Position numbers and translations under genes: made by a program. A stretch of 64,000 bases of DNA from positions 1 to 64,000 of the forward strand of contig CAXHJY010000793.1 of NCBI GenBank assembly GCA_964016885.1. The letters are read 5' to 3'. The stretch is from Eledone cirrhosa (taxonomy: Eukaryota). The notes below the pieces were generated by a model, which was not told the DNA's origin, did not search any database, and saw only the letters and a list, made by a program, of their open reading frames with translations. Of this stretch, positions 44,201-60,500 are shown piece by piece; position 1 is the first letter of the stretch; every line of letters begins with the position of its first letter.

Positions 44201-47200
44201 CAATTACTGTCAGTCCACTGCCCTAGACATGTGTGACACTCTACCAATTACTGTCAGTCCACCGCCCTAGACATGTGTGACACTCTACCAATTACTGTCA
44301 ATCCACCGCCCTAGACATGTGTGACACTCTACCAATTACTGTCAATCCACTGCCCTAGACATGTGTGACACTCTACCAATTACTGTCAGTCCACTGCCCT
44401 AGCCATGTGTGACTACCAATTACTGTCAATCCACCTCCCTAGACATGTGTGACACTCTACCAATTACTGTCAATCCACTGCCCTAGACATGTGTGACACT
44501 CTACCAATTACTGTCAATCCACTGCCCTAGACATGTGTGACACTCTACCAATTACTGTCAGTCTACTGCCCTAGACATGTGTGACACTCTACCAATTACT
44601 GTCACTCCACCGCCCTAGACATGTGTGACACTCTACCAATTACTGTCAATCCACTGCCGTAGACATGTGTGACACTCTACCAATTACTGTCAATCCACTG
44701 CCCTAGACATGTGTGACACTCTACCAATTACTGTCAATCCACTGCCCTAGACATGTGTGACACTCTACCAATTACTGTCAATCCACTGCCCTAGACATGT
44801 GTGACACTCTACCAATTACTGTCAATCCACTGCCCTAGACATGTGTGACACTCTACCAATTACTGTCAATCCACTGCCCTAGACATGTGTGACACTCTAC
44901 CAATTACTGTCAATCCACTGCCCTAGACATGTGTGACACTCTACCAATTACTGTCAATCCACTGCCCTAGACATGTGTGACACTCTACCAATTACTGTCA
45001 ATCCACTGCCCTAGACATGTGTGACACTCTACCAATTACTGTCAATCCACTGCCCTAGACATGTGTGACACTCTACCAATTACTGTCACTCCACCGCCCT
45101 AGACATGTGTGACACTCTACCAATTACTGTCAATCCACTGCCGTAGACATGTGTGACACTCTACCAATTACTGTCAATCCACTGCCCTAGACATGTGTGA
45201 CACTCTACCAATTACTGTCAATCCACTGCCCTAGACATGTGTGACACTCTACCAATTACTGTCAATCCACTGCCCTAGCCATGTGTGACACTCTACCAAT
45301 TACTGTCAATCCACTGCCCTAGACATGTGTGACACTCTACCAATTACTGTCAATCCACTGCCCTAGACATGTGTGACACTCTACCAATTACTGTCAATCC
45401 ACTGCCGTAGACATGTGTGACACTCTACCAATTACTGTCAATCCACTGCCCTAGACATGTGTGACACTCTACCAATTACTGTCAATCCACTGCCCTAGAC
45501 ATGTGTGACACTCTACCAATTACTGTCAATCCACTGCCCTAGACATGTGTGACACTCTACCAATTACTGTCAATCCACTGCCCTAGACATGTGTGACACT
45601 CTACCAATTACTGTCAATCCACTGCCCTAGACATGTGTGACACTCTACCAATTACTGTCAATCCACTGCCCTAGACATGTGTGACACTCTACCAATTACT
45701 GTCAATCCACTGCCCTAGACATGTGTGACACTCTACCAATTACTGTCAATCCACTGCCCTAGACATGTGTGACACTCTACCAATTACTGTCAATCCACTG
45801 CCCTAGACATGTGTGACACTCTACCAATTACTGTCAATCCACTGCCCTAGACATGTGTGACACTCTACCAATTACTGTCAGTCTACTGCCCTAGATGTGT
45901 GTGACACTCTACCAATTACTGTCAATCCACCGCCCTAGACATGTGTGACACTCTACCAATTACTGTCAATCCACTGCCCTAGACATGTGTGACACTCTAC
46001 CAATTACTGTCAGTCTACTGCCCTAGACATGTGTGACACTCTACCAATTACTGTCAATCCACTGCCCTAGATATGTGTGACATTCTACCAATTACTGTCA
46101 ATCCACTGCCTCAGACATTTGTGACACTCTACCAATTACTGTCAGTCCACTGCCCTAGATATGTGTGACACTCTACCAATTACTGTCAATCCACTGCCCT
46201 AGACATGTGTGACACTCTACCAATTACTGTCAATCCACCGCCCTAGACATGTGTGACACTCTACCAATTACTGTCAATCCACCGCCCTAGACATGTGTGA
46301 CACTCTACCAATTACTGTCAATCCACCACCCTAGACATGTGTGACACTCTACCAATTACTGTCAATCCACTGCCCTAGACATGTGTGACACTCTACCAAT
46401 TACTGTCAGTCCACTGCCCTAGACATGTGTGACACTCTACCAATTACTGTCAATCCACTGCCCTAGACATGTGTGACACTCTACCAATTACTGTCAGTCT
46501 ACTGCCCTAGGCATGTGTGACACTCTACCAATTACTGTCAGTCCACTGCCCTAGACATGTGTGACACTCTACCAATTACTGTCAATCCACCGCCCTAGAC
46601 ATGTGTGACACTCTACCAATTACTGTCAATCCACTGCCCTAGACATGTGTGACACTCTACCAATTACTGTCAATCCACTGCCCTAGACATGTGTGACACT
46701 CTACCAATTACTGTCAATCCACTGCCCTAGACATGTGTGACACTCTACCAATTACTGTCAATCCACTGCCCTAGACATGTGTGACACTCTACCAATTACT
46801 GTCAATCCACTGCCCTAGACATGTGTGACACTCTACCAATTACTGTCAATCCACTGCCCTAGACATGTGTGACACTCTACCAATTACTGTCAGTCCACTG
46901 CCCTAGACATGTGTGACACTCTACCAAGTACTGTCAATCCACTGCCCTAGACATGTGTGACACTCTACCAATTACTGTCAATCCACTGCCCTAGACATGT
47001 GTGACACTCTACCAATTACTGTCAGTCTACTGCCCTAGACGTGTGTGACACTCTACCAATTACTGTCAATCCACCGCCCTAGACATGTGTGACACTCTAC
47101 CAATTACTGTCAATCCACTGCCCTAGACACGTGTGACACTCTACCAATTACTGTCAGTCCACTGCCCTAGACATGTGTGACACTCTACCAATTACTGTCA

Positions 47201-50200
47201 GTCCACTGCCCTAGACATGTGTGACACTCTACCAATTACTGTCAGTCCACTGCCCTAGACATGTGTGACACTCTACCAATTACTGTCAATCCACCGCCCT
47301 AGACATGTGTGACACTCTACCAATTACTGTCAATCCACTGCCCTAGACATGTGTGACACTCTACCAATTACTGTCAGTCCACTGCCCTAGATATGTGTGA
47401 CATTCTACCAATTACTGTCAATCCACTGCCTCAGACATTTGTGACACTCTACCAATTACTGTCAATCCACCGCCCTAGACATGTGTGACACTCTACCAAT
47501 TACTGTCAATCCACTGCCCTAGACATGTGTGACACTCTACCAATTACTGTCAGTCCACTGCCCTAGACATGTGTGACACTCTACCAATTACTGTCAATCC
47601 ACTGCCCTAGACATGTGTGACACTCTACCAATTACTGTCAATCCACCGCCCTAGACATGTGTGACACTCTACCAATTACTGTCAATCCACTGCCCTAGAC
47701 ATGTGTGACACTCTACCAATTACTGTCAGTCCACTGCCCTAGACATGTGTGACACTCTACCAATTACTGTCAATCCACTGCCCTAGACATGTGTGACACT
47801 CTACCAATTACTGTCAATCCACCGCCCTAGACATGTGTGACACTCTACCAATTACTGTCAATCCACTGCCCTAGACATGTGTGACACTCTACCAATTACT
47901 GTCAGTCCACTGCCCTAGACATGTGTGACACTCTACCAATTACTGTCAATCAACTGCCCTAGACATGTGTGACACTCTACCAATTACTGTCAGTCTACTG
48001 CCCTAGACATGTGTGACACTCTACCAATTACTGTCAGTCCACTGCCCTAGACATGTGTGACACTCTACCAATTACTGTCAATCCACCGCCCTAGACATGT
48101 GTGACACTCTACCAATTACTGTCAATCCACTGCCCTAGACATGTGTGACACTCTACCAATTACTGTCAATCCACTGCCCTAGACATGTGTGACACTCTAC
48201 CAATTACTGTCAATCCACCGCCCTAGACATGTGTGACACTCTACCAATTACTGTCAATCCACCGCCCTAGACATGTGTGACACTCTACCAATTACTGTCA
48301 ATCCACTGCCCTAGACATGTGTGACACTCTACCAATTACTGTCAATCCACTGCCCTAGACATGTGTGACACTCTACCAATTACTGTCAATCCACCGCCCT
48401 AGACATGTGTGACACTCTACCAATTACTGTCAATCCACTGCCCTAGACATGTGTGACGCTCTACCAATTACTGTCAGTCCACTGCCCTAGATATGTGTGA
48501 CACTCTACCAATTACTGTCAATCCACTGCCCTAGACATGTGTGACACTCTACCAATTACTGTCAATCCACCGCCCTAGACATGTGTGACACTCTACCAAT
48601 TACTGTCAACCCACCGCCCTAGACATGTGTGACACTCTACCAATTACTGTCAACCCACTGCCCTAGACATGTGTGACACTCTACCAATTACTGTCAATCC
48701 ACCGCCCTAGACATGTGACACTCTACCAATTACTGTCAATCCACTGCCCTAGACATGTGTGACACTCTACCAATTACTGTCAACCCACTGCCCTAGACAC
48801 GTGTGACACTCTACCAATTACTGTCAGTCCACTGCCCTAGACATGTGTGACACTCTACCAATTACTCTTAGTCCACCGCCCTAGACATGTGTGACACTCT
48901 ACCAATTACTGTCAGTCCACTGCCCTAGACATGTGTGACACTCTACCAATTACTGTCAATCCACTGCCCTAGACATGTGTGACACTCTACCAATTACTGT
49001 CAGTCCACTGCCCTAGACATGTGTGACACTCTACCAATTACTGTCAGTCCACTGCCCTAGACATGTGTGACACTCTACCAATTACTGTCAATCCACTGCC
49101 CTAGACATGTGTGACACTACCAATTACTGTCAATCCACTGCCCTAGACATGTGTGACACTCTACCAATTACTGTCAGTCCACTGCCCTAGACATGTGTGA
49201 CACTCTACCAATTACTGTCAGTCCACCGCCCTAGACATGTGTGACACTCTACCAATTACTGTCAATCCACCGCCCTAGACATGTGTGACACTCTACCAAT
49301 TACTGTCAATCCACTGCCCTAGACATGTGTGACACTCTACCAATTACTGTCAGTCCACTGCCCTAGCCATGTGTGACTACCAATTACTGTCAATCCACCT
49401 CCCTAGACATGTGTGACACTCTACCAATTACTGTCAATCCACTGCCCTAGACATGTGTGACACTCTACCAATTACTGTCAATCCACTGCCCTAGACATGT
49501 GTGACACTCTACCAATTACTGTCAGTCTACTGCCCTAGACATGTGTGACACTCTACCAATTACTGTCACTCCACCGCCCTAGACATGTGTGACACTCTAC
49601 CAATTACTGTCAATCCACTGCCGTAGACATGTGTGACACTCTACCAATTACTGTCAATCCACTGCCCTAGACATGTGTGACACTCTACCAATTACTGTCA
49701 ATCCACTGCCCTAGACATGTGTGACACTCTACCAATTACTGTCAATCCACTGCCCTAGACATGTGTGACACTCTACCAATTACTGTCAATCCACTGCCCT
49801 AGACATGTGTGACACTCTACCAATTACTGTCAATCCACTGCCCTAGACATGTGTGACACTCTACCAATTACTGTCAATCCACTGCCCTAGACATGTGTGA
49901 CACTCTACCAATTACTGTCAATCCACTGCCCTAGACATGTGTGACACTCTACCAATTACTGTCAATCCACTGCCCTAGACATGTGTGACACCCTACCAAT
50001 TACTGTCAATCCACTGCCCTAGACATGTGTGACACTCTACCAATTACTGTCACTCCACCGCCCTAGACATGTGTGACACTCTACCAATTACTGTCAATCC
50101 ACTGCCGTAGACATGTGTGACACTCTACCAATTACTGTCAATCCACTGCCCTAGACATGTGTGACACTCTACCAATTACTGTCAATCCACTGCCCTAGAC

Positions 50201-51230
50201 ATGTGTGACACTCTACCAATTACTGTCAATCCACTGCCCTAGCCATGTGTGACACTCTACCAATTACTGTCAATCCACTGCCCTAGACATGTGTGACACT
50301 CTACCAATTACTGTCAATCCACTGCCCTAGACATGTGTGACACTCTACCAATTACTGTCAATCCACTGCCGTAGACATGTGTGACACTCTACCAATTACT
50401 GTCAATCCACTGCCCTAGACATGTGTGACACTCTACCAATTACTGTCAATCCACTGCCCTAGACATGTGTGACACTCTACCAATTACTGTCAATCCACTG
50501 CCCTAGACATGTGTGACACTCTACCAATTACTGTCAATCCACTGCCCTAGACATGTGTGACACTCTACCAATTACTGTCAATCCACTGCCCTAGACATGT
50601 GTGACACTCTACCAATTACTGTCAATCCACTGCCCTAGACATGTGTGACACTCTACCAATTACTGTCAATCCACTGCCCTAGACATGTGTGACACTCTAC
50701 CAATTACTGTCAATCCACTGCCCTAGACATGTGTGACACTCTACCAATTACTGTCAATCCACTGCCCTAGACATGTGTGACACTCTACCAATTACTGTCA
50801 GTCTACTGCCCTAGATGTGTGTGACACTCTACCAATTACTGTCAATCCACCGCCCTAGACATGTGTGACACTCTACCAATTACTGTCAATCCACTGCCCT
50901 AGACATGTGTGACACTCTACCAATTACTGTCAGTCTACTGCCCTAGACATGTGTGACACTCTACCAATTACTGTCAATCCACTGCCCTAGATATGTGTGA
51001 CATTCTACCAATTACTGTCAATCCACTGCCTCAGACATTTGTGACACTCTACCAATTACTGTCAGTCCACTGCCCTAGATATGTGTGACACTCTACCAAT
51101 TACTGTCAATCCACTGCCCTAGACATGTGTGACACTCTACCAATTACTGTCAATCCACCGCCCTAGACATGTGTGACACTCTACCAATTACTGTCAATCC
51201 ACCGCCCTAGACATGTGTGACACTCTACCA
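41270..51230. repeat. ~5.0-kb tandem duplication
   Basis: ACTGCCCTAGGC at 41493/46501 (5008), CAATCAACTG at 42981/47947 and CTTAGTCC at 43901/48867 (4966), CTAGATGTGT at 45891/50811 (4920). Confidence 0.9.
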
Positions 51231-51569
51231 ATTACTGTCAACCCACTGCCCTAGACATGTGTGACACTCTACCAATTACTGTCAATCCACCGCCCTAGAC
51301 ATGTGTGACACTCTACCAATTACTGTCAACCCACCGCCCTAGACATGTGTGACACTCTACCAATTACTGTCAACCCACTGCCCTAGACATGTGTGACACT
51401 CTACCAATTACTGTCAATCCACCGCCCTAGACATGTGACACTCTACCAATTACTGTCAATCCACTGCCCTAGACATGTGTGACACTCTACCAATTACTGT
51501 CAACCCACTGCCCTAGACATGTGTGACACTCTACCAATTACTGTCAATCCACTGCCCTAGACATGTGTG

Positions 51570-54500
51570 ACACTCTACCAATTACTGTCAGTCCACTGCC
51601 CTAGACATGTGTGACACTCTACCAATTACTGTCAGTCCACTGCCCTAGACATGTGTGACACTCTACCAATTACTGTCAATCCACTGCCCTAGACATGTGT
51701 GACACTCTACCAATTACTGTCAATCCACTGCCCTAGACATGTGTGACACTCTACCAATTACTGTCAATCCACTGCCCTAGACATGTGTGACACTCTACCA
51801 ATTACTGTCAGTCCACTGCCCTAGACATGTGTGACTACCAATTACTGTCAATCCACCTCCCTAGACATGTGTGACACTCTACCAATTACTGTCAATCCAC
51901 TGCCCTAGACATGTGTGACACTCTACCAATTACTGTCAATCCACTGCCCTAGACATGTGTGACACTCTACCAATTACTGTCAATCCACTGCCCTAGACAT
52001 GTGTGACACTCTACCAATTACTGTCAATCCACTGCCCTAGACATGTGTGACACTCTACCAATTACTGTCAGTCCACTGCCCTAGACATGTGTGACTACCA
52101 ATTACTGTCAATCCACCTCCCTAGACATGTGTGACACTCTACCAATTACTGTCAGTCCACTGCCCTAGACATGTGTGACTACCAATTACTGTCAATCCAC
52201 CTCCCTAGACATGTGTGACACTCTACCAATTACTGTCAATCCACTGCCCTAGACATGTGTGACACTCTACCAATTACTGTCAATCCACTGCCCTAGACAT
52301 GTGTGACACTCTACCAATTACTGTCAATCCACTGCCCTAGACATGTGTGACACTCTACCAATTACTGTCAGTCCACTGCCCTAGACATGTGTGACACTCT
52401 ACCAATTACTGTCAGTCCACTGCCCTAGACATGTGTGACACTCTACCAATTACTGTCAATCCACTGCCCTAGACATGTGTGACACTCTACCAATTACTGT
52501 CAATCCACTGCCCTAGACATGTGTGACACTCTACCAATTACTGTCAATCCACTGCCCTAGACATGTGTGACACTCTACCAATTACTGTCAGTCCACTGCC
52601 CTAGACATGTGTGACACTCTACCAATTACTGTCAATCCACTGCCCTAGACATGTGTGACACTCTACCAATTACTGTCAATCCACTGCCCTAGACATGTGT
52701 GACACTCTACCAATTACTGTCAATCCACTGCCCTAGACATGTGTGACACTCTACCAATTACTGTCAATCCACTGCCCTAGACATGTGTGACACTCTACCA
52801 ATTACTGTCAATCCACTGCCCTAGACATGTGTGACACTCTACCAATTACTGTCAGTCCACTGCCCTAGACATGTGTGACTACCAATTACTGTCAATCCAC
52901 CTCCCTAGACATGTGTGACACTCTACCAATTACTGTCAGTCCACTGCCCTAGACATGTGTGACTACCAATTACTGTCAATCCACCTCCCTAGACATGTGT
53001 GACACTCTACCAATTACTGTCAATCCACTGCCCTAGACATGTGTGACACTCTACCAATTACTGTCAATCCACTGCCCTAGACATGTGTGACACTCTACCA
53101 ATTACTGTCAGTCCACTGCCCTAGACATGTGTGACTACCAATTACTGTCAATCCACCTCCCTAGACATGTGTGACACTCTACCAATTACTGTCAATCCAC
53201 TGCCCTAGACATGTGTGACACTCTACCAATTACTGTCAATCCACTGCCCTAGACATGTGACACTCTACCAATTACTGTCAATCCACTGCCCTAGACATGT
53301 GTGACACTCTACCAATTACTGTCAATCCACTGCCCTAGACATGTGTGACACTCTACCAATTACTGTCAGTCTACTGCCCTCGACATGTGTGACACTCTAC
53401 CAATTACTGTCACTCCACCGCCCTAGACATGTGTGACACTCTACCAATTACTGTCAATCCACTGCCGTAGACATGTGTGACACTCTACCAATTACTGTCA
53501 ATCCACTGCCCTAGACATGTGTGACACTCTACCAATTACTGTCAATCCACTGCCCTAGACATGTGTGACACTCTACCAATTACTGTCAATCCACTGCCCT
53601 AGACATGTGTGACACTCTACCAATTACTGTCAATCCACTGCCCTAGACATGTGTGACACTCTACCAATTACTGTCAATCCACTGCCCTAGACATGTGTGA
53701 CACTCTACCAATTACTGTCAGTCCACTGCCCTAGACATGTGTGACACTCTACCAAGTACTGTCAATCCACTGCCCTAGACATGTGTGACACTCTACCAAT
53801 TACTGTCAATCCACTGCCGTAGACATGTGTGACACTCTACCAATTACTGTCAGTCTACTGCCCTAGACGTGTGTGACACTCTACCAATTACTGTCAATCC
53901 ACCGCCCTAGACATGTGTGACACTCTACCAATTACTGTCAATCCACTGCCCTAGACACGTGTGACACTCTACCAATTACTGTCAGTCTACTGCCCTAGAC
54001 ATGTGTGACACTCTACCAATTACTGTCAGTCCACTGCCCTAGACATGTGTGACACTCTACCAATTACTGTCAGTCTACTGCCCTAGACATGTGTGACACT
54101 CTACCAATTACTGTCAATCCACCGCCCTAGACATGTGTGACACTCTACCAATTACTGTCAATCCACTGCCCTAGACATGTGTGACACTCTACCAATTACT
54201 GTCAGTCCACTGCCCTAGATATGTGTGACATTCTACCAATTACTGTCAATCCACTGCCTCAGACATTTGTGACACTCTACCAATTACTGTCAATCCACCG
54301 CCCTAGACATGAGTGACACTCTACCAATTACTGTCAATCCACTGCCCTAGACATGTGTGACACTCTACCAATTACTGTCAGTCGACTGCCCTAGACATGT
54401 GTGACACTCTACCAATTACTGTCAATCCACTGCCCTAGACATGTGTGACACTCTACCAATTACTGTCAATCCACCGCCCTAGACATGTGTGACACTCTAC

Positions 54501-57500
54501 CAATTACTGTCAATCCACCACCCTAGACATGTGTGACACTCTACCAATTACTGTCAATCCACTGCCCTAGACATGTGTGACACTCTACCAATTACTGTCA
54601 GTCCACTGCCCTAGACATGTGTGACACTCTACCAATTACTGTCAATCCACTGCCCTAGACATGTGTGACACTCTACCAATTACTGTCAGTCTACTGCCCT
54701 AGACATGTGTGACACTCTACCAATTACTGTCAGTCCACTGCCCTAGACATGTGTGACACTCTACCAATTACTGTCAATCCACCGCCCTAGACATGTGTGA
54801 CACTCTACCAATTACTGTCAATCCACTGCCCTAGACATGTGTGACACTCTACCAATTACTGTCAGTCCACTGCCCTAGACATGTGTGACTACCAATTACT
54901 GTCAATCCACCGCCCTAGACATGTGTGACACTCTACCAATTACTGTGAGTCCACTGCCCTAGACATGTGTGACACTCTACCAATTACTGTCAGTCCACTG
55001 CCCTAGATATGTGTGACACTCTACCAATTACTGTCAATCCACTGCCCTAGACATGTGTGACGCTCTACCAATTACTGTCAGTCCACTGCCCTAGATATGT
55101 GTGACACTCTACCAATTACTGTCAATCCACTGCCCTAGACATGTGTGACACTCTACCAATTATTGTCAATCCCCCGCCCTAGACATGTGTGACACTCTAC
55201 CAATTACTGTCAACCCACCGCCCTAGACATGTGTGACACTCTACCAATTACTGTCAACCCACTGCCCTAGACATGTGTGACACTCTACCAATTACTGTCA
55301 ATCCACCGCCCTAGACATGTGACACTCTACCAATTACTGTCAATCCACTGCCCTAGACATGTGTGACACTCTACCAATTACTGTCAACCCACTGCCCTAG
55401 ACACGTGTGACACTCTACCAATTACTGTCAGTCCACTGCCCTAGACATGTGTGACACTCTACCAATTACTGTCAGTCCACCGCCCTAGACATGTGTGACA
55501 CTCTACCAATTACTGTCAGTCCACTGCCCTAGACATGTGTGACACTCTACCAATTACTGTCAATCCACTGCCCTAGACATGTGTGACACTCTACCAATTA
55601 CTGTCAGTCCACTGCCCTAGACATGTGTGACACTCTACCAATTACTGTCAGTCCACTGCCCTAGACATGTGTGACACTCTACCAATTACTGTCAATCCAC
55701 TGCCCTAGACATGTGTGACACTCTACCAATTACTGTCAATCCACTGCCCTAGACATGTGTGACACTCTACCAATTACTGTCAGTCCACTGCCCTAGACAT
55801 GTGTGACACTCTACCAATTACTGTCAGTCCACCGCCCTAGACATGTGTGACACTCTACCAATTACTGTCAATCCACCGCCCTAGACATGTGTGACACTCT
55901 ACCAATTACTGTCAATCCACTGCCCTAGACATGTGTGACACTCTACCAATTACTGTCAGTCCACTGCCCTAGCCATGTGTGACTACCAATTACTGTCAAT
56001 CCACCTCCCTAGACATGTGTGACACTCTACCAATTACTGTCAGTCCACTGCCCTAGACATGTGTGACACTCTACCAATTACTGTCAGTCCACTGCCCTAG
56101 ACATGTGTGACACTCTACCAATTACTGTCAATCCACTGCCCTAGACATGTGTGACACTCTACCAATTACTGTCAATCCACTGCCCTAGACATGTGTGACA
56201 CTCTACCAATTACTGTCAATCCACTGCCCTAGACATGTGTGACACTCTACCAATTACTGTCAGTCCACTGCCCTAGACATGTGTGACTACCAATTACTGT
56301 CAATCCACCTCCCTAGACATGTGTGACACTCTACCAATTACTGTCAATCCACTGCCCTAGACATGTGTGACACTCTACCAATTACTGTCAATCCACTGCC
56401 CTAGACATGTGTGACACTCTACCAATTACTGTCAATCCACTGCCCTAGACATGTGTGACACTCTACCAATTACTGTCAATCCACTGCCCTAGACATGTGT
56501 GACACTCTACCAATTACTGTCAGTCCACTGCCCTAGACATGTGTGACTACCAATTACTGTCAATCCACCTCCCTAGACATGTGTGACACTCTACCAATTA
56601 CTGTCAGTCCACTGCCCTAGACATGTGTGACTACCAATTACTGTCAATCCACCTCCCTAGACATGTGTGACACTCTACCAATTACTGTCAATCCACTGCC
56701 CTAGACATGTGTGACACTCTACCAATTACTGTCAATCCACTGCCCTAGACATGTGTGACACTCTACCAATTACTGTCAATCCACTGCCCTAGACATGTGT
56801 GACACTCTACCAATTACTGTCAGTCCACTGCCCTAGACATGTGTGACACTCTACCAATTACTGTCAGTCCACTGCCCTAGACATGTGTGACACTCTACCA
56901 ATTACTGTCAATCCACTGCCCTAGACATGTGTGACACTCTACCAATTACTGTCAATCCACTGCCCTAGACATGTGTGACACTCTACCAATTACTGTCAAT
57001 CCACTGCCCTAGACATGTGTGACACTCTACCAATTACTGTCAGTCCACTGCCCTAGACATGTGTGACACTCTACCAATTACTGTCAATCCACTGCCCTAG
57101 ACATGTGTGACACTCTACCAATTACTGTCAATCCACTGCCCTAGACATGTGTGACACTCTACCAATTACTGTCAATCCACTGCCCTAGACATGTGTGACA
57201 CTCTACCAATTACTGTCAATCCACTGCCCTAGACATGTGTGACACTCTACCAATTACTGTCAATCCACTGCCCTAGACATGTGTGACACTCTACCAATTA
57301 CTGTCAGTCCACTGCCCTAGACATGTGTGACTACCAATTACTGTCAATCCACCTCCCTAGACATGTGTGACACTCTACCAATTACTGTCAGTCCACTGCC
57401 CTAGACATGTGTGACTACCAATTACTGTCAATCCACCTCCCTAGACATGTGTGACACTCTACCAATTACTGTCAATCCACTGCCCTAGACATGTGTGACA

Positions 57501-60500
57501 CTCTACCAATTACTGTCAATCCACTGCCCTAGACATGTGTGACACTCTACCAATTACTGTCAGTCCACTGCCCTAGACATGTGTGACTACCAATTACTGT
57601 CAATCCACCTCCCTAGACATGTGTGACACTCTACCAATTACTGTCAATCCACTGCCCTAGACATGTGTGACACTCTACCAATTACTGTCAATCCACTGCC
57701 CTAGACATGTGACACTCTACCAATTACTGTCAATCCACTGCCCTAGACATGTGTGACACTCTACCAATTACTGTCAATCCACTGCCCTAGACATGTGTGA
57801 CACTCTACCAATTACTGTCAGTCTACTGCCCTCGACATGTGTGACACTCTACCAATTACTGTCACTCCACCGCCCTAGACATGTGTGACACTCTACCAAT
57901 TACTGTCAATCCACTGCCGTAGACATGTGTGACACTCTACCAATTACTGTCAATCCACTGCCCTAGACATGTGTGACACTCTACCAATTACTGTCAATCC
58001 ACTGCCCTAGACATGTGTGACACTCTACCAATTACTGTCAATCCACTGCCCTAGACATGTGTGACACTCTACCAATTACTGTCAATCCACTGCCCTAGAC
58101 ATGTGTGACACTCTACCAATTACTGTCAATCCACTGCCCTAGACATGTGTGACACTCTACCAATTACTGTCAGTCCACTGCCCTAGACATGTGTGACACT
58201 CTACCAAGTACTGTCAATCCACTGCCCTAGACATGTGTGACACTCTACCAATTACTGTCAATCCACTGCCGTAGACATGTGTGACACTCTACCAATTACT
58301 GTCAGTCTACTGCCCTAGACGTGTGTGACACTCTACCAATTACTGTCAATCCACCGCCCTAGACATGTGTGACACTCTACCAATTACTGTCAATCCACTG
58401 CCCTAGACACGTGTGACACTCTACCAATTACTGTCAGTCTACTGCCCTAGACATGTGTGACACTCTACCAATTACTGTCAGTCCACTGCCCTAGACATGT
58501 GTGACACTCTACCAATTACTGTCAGTCTACTGCCCTAGACATGTGTGACACTCTACCAATTACTGTCAATCCACCGCCCTAGACATGTGTGACACTCTAC
58601 CAATTACTGTCAATCCACTGCCCTAGACATGTGTGACACTCTACCAATTACTGTCAGTCCACTGCCCTAGATATGTGTGACATTCTACCAATTACTGTCA
58701 ATCCACTGCCTCAGACATTTGTGACACTCTACCAATTACTGTCAATCCACCGCCCTAGACATGAGTGACACTCTACCAATTACTGTCAATCCACTGCCCT
58801 AGACATGTGTGACACTCTACCAATTACTGTCAGTCGACTGCCCTAGACATGTGTGACACTCTACCAATTACTGTCAATCCACTGCCCTAGACATGTGTGA
58901 CACTCTACCAATTACTGTCAATCCACCGCCCTAGACATGTGTGACACTCTACCAATTACTGTCAATCCACCACCCTAGACATGTGTGACACTCTACCAAT
59001 TACTGTCAATCCACTGCCCTAGACATGTGTGACACTCTACCAATTACTGTCAGTCCACTGCCCTAGACATGTGTGACACTCTACCAATTACTGTCAATCC
59101 ACTGCCCTAGACATGTGTGACACTCTACCAATTACTGTCAGTCTACTGCCCTAGACATGTGTGACACTCTACCAATTACTGTCAGTCCACTGCCCTAGAC
59201 ATGTGTGACACTCTACCAATTACTGTCAATCCACCGCCCTAGACATGTGTGACACTCTACCAATTACTGTCAATCCACTGCCCTAGACATGTGTGACACT
59301 CTACCAATTACTGTCAGTCCACTGCCCTAGACATGTGTGACTACCAATTACTGTCAATCCACCGCCCTAGACATGTGTGACACTCTACCAATTACTGTGA
59401 GTCCACTGCCCTAGACATGTGTGACACTCTACCAATTACTGTCAGTCCACTGCCCTAGATATGTGTGACACTCTACCAATTACTGTCAATCCACTGCCCT
59501 AGACATGTGTGACGCTCTACCAATTACTGTCAGTCCACTGCCCTAGATATGTGTGACACTCTACCAATTACTGTCAATCCACTGCCCTAGACATGTGTGA
59601 CACTCTACCAATTATTGTCAATCCCCCGCCCTAGACATGTGTGACACTCTACCAATTACTGTCAACCCACCGCCCTAGACATGTGTGACACTCTACCAAT
59701 TACTGTCAACCCACTGCCCTAGACATGTGTGACACTCTACCAATTACTGTCAATCCACCGCCCTAGACATGTGACACTCTACCAATTACTGTCAATCCAC
59801 TGCCCTAGACATGTGTGACACTCTACCAATTACTGTCAACCCACTGCCCTAGACACGTGTGACACTCTACCAATTACTGTCAGTCCACTGCCCTAGACAT
59901 GTGTGACACTCTACCAATTACTGTCAGTCCACCGCCCTAGACATGTGTGACACTCTACCAATTACTGTCAGTCCACTGCCCTAGACATGTGTGACACTCT
60001 ACCAATTACTGTCAATCCACTGCCCTAGACATGTGTGACACTCTACCAATTACTGTCAGTCCACTGCCCTAGACATGTGTGACACTCTACCAATTACTGT
60101 CAGTCCACTGCCCTAGACATGTGTGACACTCTACCAATTACTGTCAATCCACTGCCCTAGACATGTGTGACACTCTACCAATTACTGTCAATCCACTGCC
60201 CTAGACATGTGTGACACTCTACCAATTACTGTCAGTCCACTGCCCTAGACATGTGTGACACTCTACCAATTACTGTCAGTCCACCGCCCTAGACATGTGT
60301 GACACTCTACCAATTACTGTCAATCCACCGCCCTAGACATGTGTGACACTCTACCAATTACTGTCAATCCACTGCCCTAGACATGTGTGACACTCTACCA
60401 ATTACTGTCAGTCCACTGCCCTAGCCATGTGTGACTACCAATTACTGTCAATCCACCTCCCTAGACATGTGTGACACTCTACCAATTACTGTCAGTCCAC